A DNA stretch of 64,000 nucleotides from a virus. The notes beneath the pieces are model-generated. The model was not told where the DNA came from. It saw only the letters and a program-made list of their open reading frames with translations, and did no database searches. The stretch is from the IMG/VR virus record IMGVR_UViG_3300027963_000040. One strand, 5' to 3'. The translations under genes were made by a program, and so were the position numbers. Of the stretch, positions 25,490-33,380 are shown in pieces; the first letter of the stretch is position 1, and each line of letters begins with the position of its first letter.

Positions 25490-25771
25490 TCACCTCACAC
25501 GCCAATTTTTCTTAGTAGATTCGGCAACTTTCACTGCCTCATTTTTATCAAAATTGGCATGGTGTTCCCAAAACTTCATTTTTCGCTCACAAACCACGAA
25601 TTCTTTTTGGGCTTGAAGCTTTTCTACAGTAGTACCATTGTTCAAGAAAAAAGTTAGCATTAGGCTATTAGCATAATGCCGCGCCCAATTAGCGACAGCA
25701 TTTTGCTCATGATAAGGAATAATTGACACGTAAGCACGTTTACCGACGGGATTTTCGTCATAAACTAGCAT
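25490..25771 (-). CDS. Hypothetical early protein
   Basis: Own promoter and SD; EKLQAQKEF..CERKM.FW.HH.NFD. Confidence 0.6.
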   Translation of the reverse strand: MLVYDENPVGKRAYVSIIPYHEQNAVANWARHYANSLMLTFFLNNGTTVEKLQAQKEFVVCERKMKFWEHHANFDKNEAVKVAESTKKNWRVR

Positions 25772-25839
25772 TTCATCGCCCTTTCATCATTACCTTATCA
25801 TCATAGCCTAAAAGCGAAAAAAAGTCAAGAACTTTTTTC

Positions 25840-26025
25840 TCACTTATAAAGGATGTCTACGAGACGACCATCTTCGTCGACGACCCGAATATCGTATCCC
25901 GGATAGCATGCCTTCGCTCCTTCCATCTCGATAAGAATCTTTTGCGGTCCACTAGAAGCACTCAGGGTGGTGCAGGTGCGCCAGCCAGAGTTGTCACGAA
26001 ACTGAACGTAGTAGTCTTGCATCAA
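25840..26025 (-). CDS. Hypothetical protein
   Basis: AAGGAG SD; RVVDEDGRLVDIL. Confidence 0.6.
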   Translation of the reverse strand: MMQDYYVQFRDNSGWRTCTTLSASSGPQKILIEMEGAKACYPGYDIRVVDEDGRLVDILYK

Positions 26026-26207
26026 TGATCTCCTTGATTTAGTAGGAACACTTCGAAGTTTTTGAGAAGGTTCAGGATACTTCTACCCTCAACATTGAAG
26101 CCACCATTGTATTCGGGATTTTTTTCTACAAGAGCGATATGAAAACCGTATCGAACCCTAGCGCCGTTGTAGAGAAGATCTTTGTAGTTCGAAAACGTAA
26201 GTTGCAT
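26022..26207 (-). CDS. Hypothetical protein
   Basis: AAGGAG SD. Confidence 0.55.
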   Translation of the reverse strand: MQLTFSNYKDLLYNGARVRYGFHIALVEKNPEYNGGFNVEGRSILNLLKNFEVFLLNQGDH

Positions 26208-26232
26208 CTCAAAACTCCTTCTAAGAAATTGA

Positions 26233-26327
26233 GAACGAATCAGAGGACCGGGTGGGATTTGAACCCACGTTATAGAGATTAAAAGTCTCCTGTTTGGCCA
26301 CTAAACTACCGGTCCTCTGATTCGTTC
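26233..26327 (-). tRNA. tRNA-Lys(TTT)-like RNA with acceptor stem extended to 19 bp, no CCA
   Basis: Core cloverleaf 26244-26315 inside a perfect GAACGAATCAGAGGACCGG inverted repeat. Confidence 0.75.
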
Positions 26328-26403
26328 AACTCATCATATAGGTAATATACCGTGTTTTCATAAAAAAGTCAAGGAGTTTTTTCATTAACATTTTTTTATT
26401 TTT

Positions 26404-26478
26404 TGGCGAGGGTGGAGAGATTCGAACTCCCACTCCAGGGTTTTGGAGACCCGGCGACTACCGTTATCTTACACCGAC
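26404..26478 (-). tRNA. tRNA-Trp(CCA) with two acceptor-stem mismatches
   Basis: GTCGGTG/CACCCTC acceptor; other arms intact; G73, CCA. Confidence 0.75.
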
Positions 26479-26508
26479 AAAAAAAGAGGCGGAAACTAGT
26501 CCGCCTCC
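26479..26508 (-). terminator. Rho-independent terminator after the Ro60-like gene
   Basis: GAGGCGGA-CTAGTT-TCCGCCTC plus T7. Confidence 0.8.
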
Positions 26509-26519
26509 GGAGGAACTAT

Positions 26520-27926
26520 TTAGGCATAACGATCGACCATAAGAGTCTTCATCATAACGCCAACCGGAGTCAGGTTCTCCATATCACCAGACAGGACTGC
26601 CTTTAGAATGGATGGGCTGAAACCAGAAACCAGAGCAACTCCCCGTTCGTTAAACTTCACAGGCACATTATCCCTAGCGTTTAGATTCCAGAACACAACG
26701 TTCGGCATCTGGTAACCAGCTTCCTCATACTTGTTACGGATCATCTCAATAGCAGAGTCGTCTTGCTTAACGCAAGCATCGAACTGCATATCAGACATAA
26801 TCAGCAGAGTCTGAGGCATTTCCTCCTGAGGAACCTTACCCTTAAGCGCGACATCAAGAATCTTGTTGAACGCAGCGTGAAGATTGGTGTTCATTCCCCA
26901 CTTAGAGGTTACCATCTGTTGCACCTTCTGTAGGATGTCACCCTTCAGATTAAGCAGCTGAGGAGATTCAGAGAAAGTCAGGAACGTGTCCTTGAACTTA
27001 CCCTTGTTCTTATCAGCACAGTAAAGCCCAAGGCTAACAGCAACGTCCATAGCGGTAGTCTTACTACCACCTATGGCGGTTACCATAGAACCAGACACGT
27101 CAACCAGCGGAAGAACGTTGGCTTCGCCGATATAGTTCGGCAGAGCCTCCCACTGAGCAACTACAACATCGAGCTCCGTGTTATCGAGAGACGGTAATCC
27201 TAAAAGGTAGTTAGAAACTCCCTTCAGCACGTCGTAAGGATAGACAGCGCCAGCGTTAACCTTGACGGTCTTATCACCCTTGACCAGCTTCTCAGCCCAC
27301 TCCTTGTATTTCGGAGTGTTACGATTGAATGCCTTCTTGTAACGAGAAGCTGCAAGAGAAGGAACGTGGGAGAAGTTGATACCATCCCAATCCTTGGCGC
27401 ACATCTGAGTCTCAACAACCTTAGTCCGATTGACAAGAAGCTTACGGTACTGCTTCGGAGACAGCTGTAGAGCAGCGCGCAGCTTTACTGCGACCGGACC
27501 CTTACGTGGCATCCACTTAGCACACAGACCGTTGCCATCGATAAGAGCGGTGGCGATCTTACGAATAATGTACTCCTGGATATCAGCGTCAACTCCATCC
27601 TCAAGAAACACCAGCAGGTCGTCCCAGCGACCCAGTTCTGGAGTCTTGTCAATCAGATGCCGATTCACAGTGTGCTTCATAATCTTACGGAAGATCTCGC
27701 GCTCGCCCGCACCCTCGCGCACGTCGCGCGCCCAGAGAGCGATACGAGTTGCGATTTCTGCATCTTCAACGAAAGCTGCGGTGAACGCAGGAATCGGATC
27801 CTGTCCACGCATAGCTCCGATCTTGAAAAATAGATCGACGCAAGCAGAAGCTGTAGATGCTCGTGTCTTCATACCATTCTCGGTACGAGCTTCCTGGTTG
27901 ATAACTGCATTAGCGAAAGTATTCAT
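26520..27926 (-). CDS. Ro60/TROVE-like helical plus vWA protein (DUF2828-like)
   Basis: RTENG..STASACVDLFF, WARDVREGAGER, GRWDDL, AKWMPR, VVETQMC, VPSLA; vWA MIDAS DVSGSM, W.MNTN, MSDMQFD, VFWNL, LVSGFSP. Start set at MNTFA after GGAG. Confidence 0.85.
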   Translation of the reverse strand: MNTFANAVINQEARTENGMKTRASTASACVDLFFKIGAMRGQDPIPAFTAAFVEDAEIATRIALWARDVREGAGEREIFRKIMKHTVNRHLIDKTPELGRWDDLLVFLEDGVDADIQEYIIRKIATALIDGNGLCAKWMPRKGPVAVKLRAALQLSPKQYRKLLVNRTKVVETQMCAKDWDGINFSHVPSLAASRYKKAFNRNTPKYKEWAEKLVKGDKTVKVNAGAVYPYDVLKGVSNYLLGLPSLDNTELDVVVAQWEALPNYIGEANVLPLVDVSGSMVTAIGGSKTTAMDVAVSLGLYCADKNKGKFKDTFLTFSESPQLLNLKGDILQKVQQMVTSKWGMNTNLHAAFNKILDVALKGKVPQEEMPQTLLIMSDMQFDACVKQDDSAIEMIRNKYEEAGYQMPNVVFWNLNARDNVPVKFNERGVALVSGFSPSILKAVLSGDMENLTPVGVMMKTLMVDRYA

Positions 27927-27944
27927 TTTATTCTCCATGATGTT

Positions 27945-27999
27945 ACAGGCTGAACTTTTGGCTTTTTCGAAGAGCTTTGTTAGATGCTGAACTCAACCT
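27945..27999 (-). ncRNA. Y-like array unit 4
   Basis: AGGTTGA-GTTCAGCA...TCAGCCT-GT. Confidence 0.65.
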
Positions 28000-28006
28000 A
28001 AAATAG

Positions 28007-28123
28007 ACAGGATCGTTTTTGCTTTGACGGTTGCTCTACCATTGAGCTACATCAAGTGGTGCTTGATGATGGGATTCGAACCCATAACCAACTGTTTATG
28101 CGAATGATTGCAGAACAGATCCT
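28007..28123 (-). ncRNA. Y-like array unit 3 with a circularly permuted tRNA-like domain (YrlA-like)
   Basis: AGGATC-TGTTCTGCA; T-arm ATGGG TTCGAAT CCCAT; closed acceptor CATCAAG-CACCA-CTTGATG; D-arm TAGCTCAATGGTAGAGC; ends GATCCT-GT. Confidence 0.75.
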
Positions 28124-28130
28124 AAAATAA

Positions 28131-28252
28131 ACAGAGTGGCGCCTACTTCCTTTTTATCCTTGAGAAATCGAAAAACAAGTTGTCAGGTTCGCCGAAGCTT
28201 GCCGACTGTTCCGGAGGCACTTTAGTGCCGAAGGTGTTGCTGTATCCACTCT
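28131..28252 (-). ncRNA. Y-like array unit 2
   Basis: AGAGTGG-ATACAGCA...CCACTCT-GT with a multi-hairpin interior. Confidence 0.65.
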
Positions 28253-28260
28253 AAAACTAA

Positions 28261-28322
28261 TCGGGATTGTCTTGACCGCTAAGTCACAATGTTTAGCGAG
28301 GTTGTTTGCTGAATCAATCCCT
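28261..28322 (-). ncRNA. Y-like array unit 1
   Basis: AGGGATTG-ATTCAGCA...CAATCCC-GA. Confidence 0.65.
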
Positions 28323-28342
28323 AAACTCAATCTTATATAGTC

Positions 28343-28372
28343 ATCATACCCTAGATTTTCGATTTAGTCAAG
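28343..28372 (-). promoter_or_regulatory. Early sigma70-type promoter upstream of the RNA array and Ro60-like gene
   Basis: TTGACT-17 nt-TATGAT. Confidence 0.75.
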
Positions 28373-28391
28373 GAGTATTTTTGACTTTTTT

Positions 28392-28468
28392 TGGTACTCC
28401 CTGTCAGATTCGAACTGACAACACACTGAGCTTAAATCAGATGCCTCTTCCAATTGGGCTAAGGGAGC
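28392..28468 (-). tRNA. tRNA-Leu(TAA), short variable arm
   Basis: Cloverleaf, CCA; 5' part overlapped by the HNH ORF end. Confidence 0.85.
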
Positions 28469-29087
28469 AATATCTTAACTTGTTGACTCTATCGTAGTTA
28501 CCGCCCTTCGGCGTTAATCCGACGTTCAACAAGACTTGACGAATGGTAAGACCCTTTTCTAGTTCTGTGAGGATTTCTTCGTCGGAAACTTTAATCTTAC
28601 CAGTATTTATGTTTTTGCCTCTATAAAACTTAGTTTTAGCATGACAGTTAGGGCATAACAGTAACAAGTTTTCTTTTACGTTGTTCCTGTTATTTCCGTC
28701 TTTATGTTCTAGTTCCAGCGGAATAGGTTCACATAACCATTCTGTGAGATCACAACTTTCACAACGATGCCCTCGTTCTTTAATAAGAACTTTCTTATGC
28801 GAACCTTTACCGTCATAAGAAAAGTCTGCGTTACTTTTTTCTTTATTCCAACTCATACGAAGTTTTGATTCTTTTGGAAGAGAAGCGTAAATCAATTTAG
28901 CGTTTCTTTTACCAGAAGAATTGGCTTCTTTCAGCCCTCTGCTATTTTTCAGTCTGTTAGCTTCACATTGATTTGATGATTCGGAACAAGATAGTTTCCC
29001 GGACTTGTTCCGATATTTTGCAACAAAACCACATCCGTATGAACATAGTTCTGTCGTTATTACGCTCTCTGAAATCATTTTAGGCAT
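28437..29087 (-). CDS. Free-standing HNH homing endonuclease
   Basis: CSYGCG N-terminus; CESC...LELEHKDGNNRNNVKENLLLLCPNCHAKT; late promoter 29114-29121. Confidence 0.9.
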   Translation of the reverse strand: MPKMISESVITTELCSYGCGFVAKYRNKSGKLSCSESSNQCEANRLKNSRGLKEANSSGKRNAKLIYASLPKESKLRMSWNKEKSNADFSYDGKGSHKKVLIKERGHRCESCDLTEWLCEPIPLELEHKDGNNRNNVKENLLLLCPNCHAKTKFYRGKNINTGKIKVSDEEILTELEKGLTIRQVLLNVGLTPKGGNYDRVNKLRYCSLSPIGRGI

Positions 29088-29125
29088 ACGTCTTGCTCCT
29101 TAACTGCTAGACGTATTTATAATAT

Positions 29126-29154
29126 GCCGACGTTTACCGCTGGGCTAAGTGGGC
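29126..29154 (-). pseudogene. 5' tRNA fragment upstream of the HNH cassette
   Basis: GCCCACT-TAGCCC-AGCGGTA resembles the 5' end of the downstream tRNA-Leu (GCTCCCT-TAGCCC-AATTGG). Confidence 0.5.
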
Positions 29155-29160
29155 TTATTC

Positions 29161-29388
29161 TTACTTATAGATGTCTACAAGATCAATTCGCTTTTCGGTA
29201 AAAGAAGATGCATAACCACACGCCATCAAAAACTCTTGGAACCTAGCCAAGATATCCGTGACGTTTAGATCAGCACCTCGCATCTCGACATGCACGATAT
29301 CAGTAACTGGCGCACCGGATTCAGTGCCGCTGTTTTCCGAATATAGCTCGAACCTAAAATCTTGCTTAACACCTTGATAAGTTGTCAT
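29161..29388 (-). CDS. Hypothetical protein
   Basis: AAGGA SD; ILARFQEFLMACGY motif. Confidence 0.65.
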   Translation of the reverse strand: MTTYQGVKQDFRFELYSENSGTESGAPVTDIVHVEMRGADLNVTDILARFQEFLMACGYASSFTEKRIDLVDIYK

Positions 29389-29400
29389 GTTCTTTTCCTT

Positions 29401-29547
29401 TCAACGAACAAATAGATATGCATAAAGCACGTAGAACCAACTGAAGATACCGTGTAGGATTGCCCAACCGATGTGGTTATTCTCGTGAAAAGAAATAACC
29501 ATGGCAAGAGCATTACCGAAGCCCAAACCTACATATTCGACTTTCAT
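29401..29547 (-). CDS. Small membrane protein (48 aa, below track cutoff)
   Basis: GFGNALAMVISFHENNHIGWAILHGIFSWFYVLY. Confidence 0.65.
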   Translation of the reverse strand: MKVEYVGLGFGNALAMVISFHENNHIGWAILHGIFSWFYVLYAYLFVR

Positions 29548-29548
29548 A

Positions 29549-29782
29549 TCACTTATCATTCTCCTCTAGAAAATGCATAATACTACCAAGGGGATAGTTC
29601 GCACCATCCATACTGGCCAATACATCTTCCGCTTCACGCAAAAGAAAACAAGCCGAATTGAACTTCTCCTGAAGCTGATTATAATCAGCCTGAAGCTTTT
29701 GTACACGGGCAACCAACAAATGAAGATTCTTCATTTCAAGATCCGCCAACGCCTCTTCAAATTCGAGCTCAGTCATAATCAC
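29549..29782 (-). CDS. Hypothetical coiled-coil protein
   Basis: GGGAG SD; coupled. Confidence 0.55.
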   Translation of the reverse strand: MIMTELEFEEALADLEMKNLHLLVARVQKLQADYNQLQEKFNSACFLLREAEDVLASMDGANYPLGSIMHFLEENDK

Positions 29783-29925
29783 TTACTCCCGAAATAAGCG
29801 AGGTCAATGAACTCGCAGGTATACTTCCGCTCATTCTGAGAGATGAAGTAAAAAGCTTCGTCCATGTTAGAAAACTTCGTACGCGACACGATCTTGCGAC
29901 CGGACTTCAGAGTGACTTCGAACAT
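29779..29925 (-). CDS. Hypothetical 48-aa early protein
   Basis: AAGGG SD and promoter cassette; MFEVTLKSGRKIVSR. Confidence 0.5.
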   Translation of the reverse strand: MFEVTLKSGRKIVSRTKFSNMDEAFYFISQNERKYTCEFIDLAYFGSK

Positions 29926-30624
29926 CTTTTTTCCCTTGTTCATCATATTGTCATCATACCCTCATTCCGTAAAAAAGTCAAGGAGTTTTTTTGACTTTTT
30001 TGAGATTTTTTATCGAGGCACAACCTCACATTGGAGCTTTGAACCCTGAGGCAGCTGCGTCGGTCCGAAGACGTTGACGATAGTGATTCCTGCAGTGACG
30101 ATAGCCACGAACAGCAGGAATGTTACACTAGACGGCAACCGAATAGCCGACAAGTCAACATGTCCAGAAAATGCCATCAATTCGTTCCTTTCCAATAGGG
30201 TTTGTTGCAGCAAAGCTGAGATACCTCGTCAAGACTATAGCCAGGGATGGCCAGGCATGCCAAGAATACACACACTTCTTGCGCTACCTCATTAGCTATG
30301 TGACCGTAGTCCCTGGCGCAGTTGGTCATACAGGTTTCGTATGCGGCAAGGACACTTGCCGATGGTAGTCGTAATGCCTTAGCTACACTCATGGGGCGCA
30401 ATTCGTTCCTTTCATATGGTTCTTACGAGCGCAAAGAGGGTTCATGCAGGTCTGCTCGCTGGTTGGCGGACAGATGCAACCCATAGGCTGCTGGTGCCTG
30501 ACTCTCCGCCAATCTTGCTCAAGCACCTCACGACGGAGTAGCTTATCAGCAGCCAGACCCAGACAATACGGATTAGAGCAAGTCTGCCCAGGGCGCAGAG
30601 TGCATTTTGAGCATGGCGAATCAC

Positions 30625-31065
30625 TCATGGCATCACCTCCGGGGCTGCTGGCATTTCGCAGTAAGGGCATGGACCGCCAGCACCCCCATAGCAGCGGTCA
30701 TGCGCATTGACGCAGATCGGCTCCGGCTGCTTCACCTCCAAGGCTGCGTTGATGTTTTTCAATAGATTTTCCATTGCTATCCCGTTGTGCACAATTGCGT
30801 CGAATGTCTCGTCGCTGGCGTTAGTCAACGCCTCCCGCAGTCGCGCGTTCTCGGCGCGATGGCGAACAAGTATATCCCAAGCCTGATCAACCGGCACCAC
30901 CGCCCACCCTGCCGCGCGGATTGCGGCGAGGGCGCGGATAGCGTCAATTTGAAAGTCCAGTCTATCGCAATTTATATTGTCTACGCACCCGGATGGAGAT
31001 GGGCAGCAAAATGCTTTCGCTACCCGATCCATCAGTTCGGCTTCGTCTTTTGCTGGCTCGCTCAT
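30625..31065 (-). CDS. Hypothetical protein, apparently of foreign GC-richer origin
   Basis: RVAKAF...ALAAIRAAGWAVVP, LRAEN-like coil. Confidence 0.55.
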   Translation of the reverse strand: MSEPAKDEAELMDRVAKAFCCPSPSGCVDNINCDRLDFQIDAIRALAAIRAAGWAVVPVDQAWDILVRHRAENARLREALTNASDETFDAIVHNGIAMENLLKNINAALEVKQPEPICVNAHDRCYGGAGGPCPYCEMPAAPEVMP

Positions 31066-31295
31066 CGTTCTTCATCCTCTTCAACTTCTGCAAAATGTTC
31101 GTCATACTGATTTAGCATATCAGTAAGATCTTCAAGCAACGCAGGCATTTCGTGAAATGCAAACTTCTCATCACGAGAAGACATGCGCAATGGTTCACCT
31201 TCATCAATGGCTTCACCGATCATCTGCATCAGCTGACGGATCGCCTGAGAAGTGTTCTCAAAAGCGCAGTATGACATGTTAGGATAGTCTCTCAT
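31062..31295 (-). CDS. Conserved phage hypothetical protein
   Basis: NMSYCAFENT motif; start may be slightly offset. Confidence 0.6.
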   Translation of the reverse strand: MRDYPNMSYCAFENTSQAIRQLMQMIGEAIDEGEPLRMSSRDEKFAFHEMPALLEDLTDMLNQYDEHFAEVEEDEER

Positions 31296-31298
31296 CGT

Positions 31299-31586
31299 TC
31301 ATTCTCCCGTATGATATTGAATGCGAGTATAATCGGTGTTGTAGAACCGATCAGGATAAGGCAGAGGTTCACCACCGTAGTAGTGAACGCCTGGCATATG
31401 TTCGCCTTCCGGCACTTCGGAAATCGTAAGGTAGCGATAACCGCGATAGTTACCGGTCTTATGAAGCACATCCTCGAGAATGGCAATCATGCCCAGCCGA
31501 GTCTTAGGATCGGTCGTCGAAGTCCGGAGTGCCTCGTTAACTGTTTCAACAAGATACTTAACGTCGATCGTCTTACGTTTTGCCAT
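31299..31586 (-). CDS. Conserved phage hypothetical protein
   Basis: AAGGAG SD; LEDVLHKTGNYRGYRYL. Confidence 0.65.
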   Translation of the reverse strand: MAKRKTIDVKYLVETVNEALRTSTTDPKTRLGMIAILEDVLHKTGNYRGYRYLTISEVPEGEHMPGVHYYGGEPLPYPDRFYNTDYTRIQYHTGE

Positions 31587-31710
31587 CGATATTCTCCTTC
31601 AGCTTCTTACGGTTGTAAACTTTCTTGCTCTCGACCACCCGTTTACGGAAGAGCGGAGAGCGGAGTGCCCTAGCGATAGGATTACGCTTGCGGACCTGGC
31701 GCATCTTCAT
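31573..31710 (-). CDS. Small basic ArfA-like protein (45 aa, below track cutoff)
   Basis: MKMRQVRKRNPIARALRSPLFRKRVVESKKVYNRKK; CAGGAG SD. Confidence 0.6.
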   Translation of the reverse strand: MKMRQVRKRNPIARALRSPLFRKRVVESKKVYNRKKLKENIDGKT

Positions 31711-31906
31711 AATCTCCTGTGTCTCCTGTTGTTCGAACCCAATCTTCATAGTCCATCATGAGCTCATAGATTTCTTCGTCCGAGGGCTCATAACCGGCAA
31801 CCAGCGTAGCATATTCGCGCTGGCTCAAAGTAATCGGGTTCATCGTTTTCTCCTTCATCATAAAAGCATCATAGCCTGTTTTTGAAAATAAGTCAAGGGT
31901 TATTTT

Positions 31907-32137
31907 TCAAATAAACAGAAAAGCGCAGACGAAATCATTTCGAACGAACCCACCAGGTTCAATCAGGACAGCCTCAAAAAAGCCATCAGATGAACCCACC
32001 TCAGCCCCATTATCAGAAAGCCAGGTTTTGGCCATAGTTTCAGCCTCATCAAGAGAGCGCGCAAGCGCCACGCTATAAGAGGCATCATCAACGTAGTAGA
32101 TAACCAGGTAGAGCTTCATCGTTTTCTCCTTCATCAT
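31907..32137 (-). CDS. Hypothetical early protein
   Basis: Promoter cassette; likely start MKLYL. Confidence 0.55.
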   Translation of the reverse strand: MMKEKTMKLYLVIYYVDDASYSVALARSLDEAETMAKTWLSDNGAEVGSSDGFFEAVLIEPGGFVRNDFVCAFLFI

Positions 32138-32194
32138 AAAAACATCATAGCCTGTTTTTGAAAATAAGTCAAGCGAAAAAACATTAAGATTTGT

Positions 32195-32347
32195 TTATTC
32201 GTCGCAGTCGATGATCACGGCGCATCCCGGATCGTCACCAACATCGACGACGGGATTGACGTGCATCCCGGAAATCCAATTCAAAACATACACCTTGGCA
32301 TCCGGATCTTGGTCGCGGAGGATATCCATCAGTTGAGAAACGGTCAT
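32195..32347 (-). CDS. Hypothetical 50-aa early protein
   Basis: MTVSQLMDILRDQDPDAKV; AAGGA SD; promoter cassette. Confidence 0.6.
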   Translation of the reverse strand: MTVSQLMDILRDQDPDAKVYVLNWISGMHVNPVVDVGDDPGCAVIIDCDE

Positions 32348-32399
32348 TTTCTTTCCTTTCGATCTTATAAAAGCATACTAGCTTATTTTTGAAAATAAG

Positions 32400-32891
32400 T
32401 CAAGCACTTTTTTTGAGGCTGTCAAGGAATTTTTGAGCCTTGACGTGCTCAACGAACCGAACGTACAACCCTCGCTCGCGACCGTATGCCTCAATCTCCC
32501 AGGGCAGGTCCCAGTACTCAACCTGAGACCAGTCGCGCTTCTCATTGCGCCAACGCTGCAGCTTAGAATCGCTCATATAGTCGCGAAGCTCGCCAGTAGC
32601 GTACTGCTTGACGTGCACCATTTCATGAGCTAGGGAAATGAATGTTTCACGCTTACTCATCCCTTTCTCAAGAGTGATAGTAAACTCGCGCGGACGAGCA
32701 ATATCGTCTTCCCACGTAGCGCTATTACCTTGAGTTTTACTGAAGAACAACCGAACCTTCAGGTTCTTGATGAGGTTCTTACCCATCAATAGTTCGCCGT
32801 AGAACTGTGCGGCAGCCTCAAGCTCGTCGATAACCAGAGAAACTCCGGTAATATCAAACGTTCGAATCTGCATCTTCAATCCTTTCATCAC
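32400..32891 (-). CDS. Zn metallopeptidase-like protein (HExxH)
   Basis: SLAHEMVHVKQY...YWDLPWEIEAY. Confidence 0.8.
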   Translation of the reverse strand: MMKGLKMQIRTFDITGVSLVIDELEAAAQFYGELLMGKNLIKNLKVRLFFSKTQGNSATWEDDIARPREFTITLEKGMSKRETFISLAHEMVHVKQYATGELRDYMSDSKLQRWRNEKRDWSQVEYWDLPWEIEAYGRERGLYVRFVEHVKAQKFLDSLKKSA

Positions 32892-32935
32892 ATTACTGAT
32901 TATACCGGGATCGGTGAAAAAGTCAAGCAGTATTT

Positions 32936-33151
32936 TTACATATCACGGGGAGCCCAGCACCCCATTTCAAAAATATATTCATCACCGTCATCATCAACAA
33001 AAATAAAATCAAAACCCGGCATAAACTCAGCTTCAGGGTAACATTCAGCTTCAGCCTTCAAAATATATTCATAAGCCGATTCAAACGTAAAGCCCGAACC
33101 GAACTCAAAAACAGCGGCATTTTCAGCATTCACAGCGAAAAAATGGGTCAT
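32936..33151 (-). CDS. Hypothetical acidic early protein
   Basis: Promoter cassette and SD. Confidence 0.55.
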   Translation of the reverse strand: MTHFFAVNAENAAVFEFGSGFTFESAYEYILKAEAECYPEAEFMPGFDFIFVDDDGDEYIFEMGCWAPRDM

Positions 33152-33227
33152 CAGTTTTTTCCTTTCGTCTTATAAAATCATATTAGCCTATTTTTGAAAA
33201 AAAGTCAAGCACCTTTTTCAAAAATGT

Positions 33228-33300
33228 TTTAGGTCCTGACGTTGGGTTAGAAATCTCGAATCAGGGGATTATAGGGTCTAACCCAACGTCAGGACCTAAA
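33228..33300. repeat. Perfect 23-bp inverted repeat
   Basis: TTTAGGTCCTGACGTTGGGTTAG ... CTAACCCAACGTCAGGACCTAAA. Confidence 0.9.
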
Positions 33301-33307
33301 AAACACT

Positions 33308-33375
33308 AAACCGTTGATTTACCTAGATTTTCGTGATTATCTTATAGCTGAAAAATCTAGGTAAATCAACGGTTT
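33308..33375. repeat. Perfect ~24-bp inverted repeat
   Basis: AAACCGTTGATTTACCTAGATTTT ... AAAATCTAGGTAAATCAACGGTTT. Confidence 0.9.
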
Positions 33376-33380
33376 GTAAA

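Noticed and set aside
28028-28094. Ordinary tRNA gene
   Set aside because: The arms are in permuted order and there is no anticodon loop.
27945-28322. CRISPR array interpretation of the four repeats
   Set aside because: The repeats are not identical, unit lengths vary from 55 to 122 nt, conservation lies in pairing plus a short motif, and no cas genes are present.
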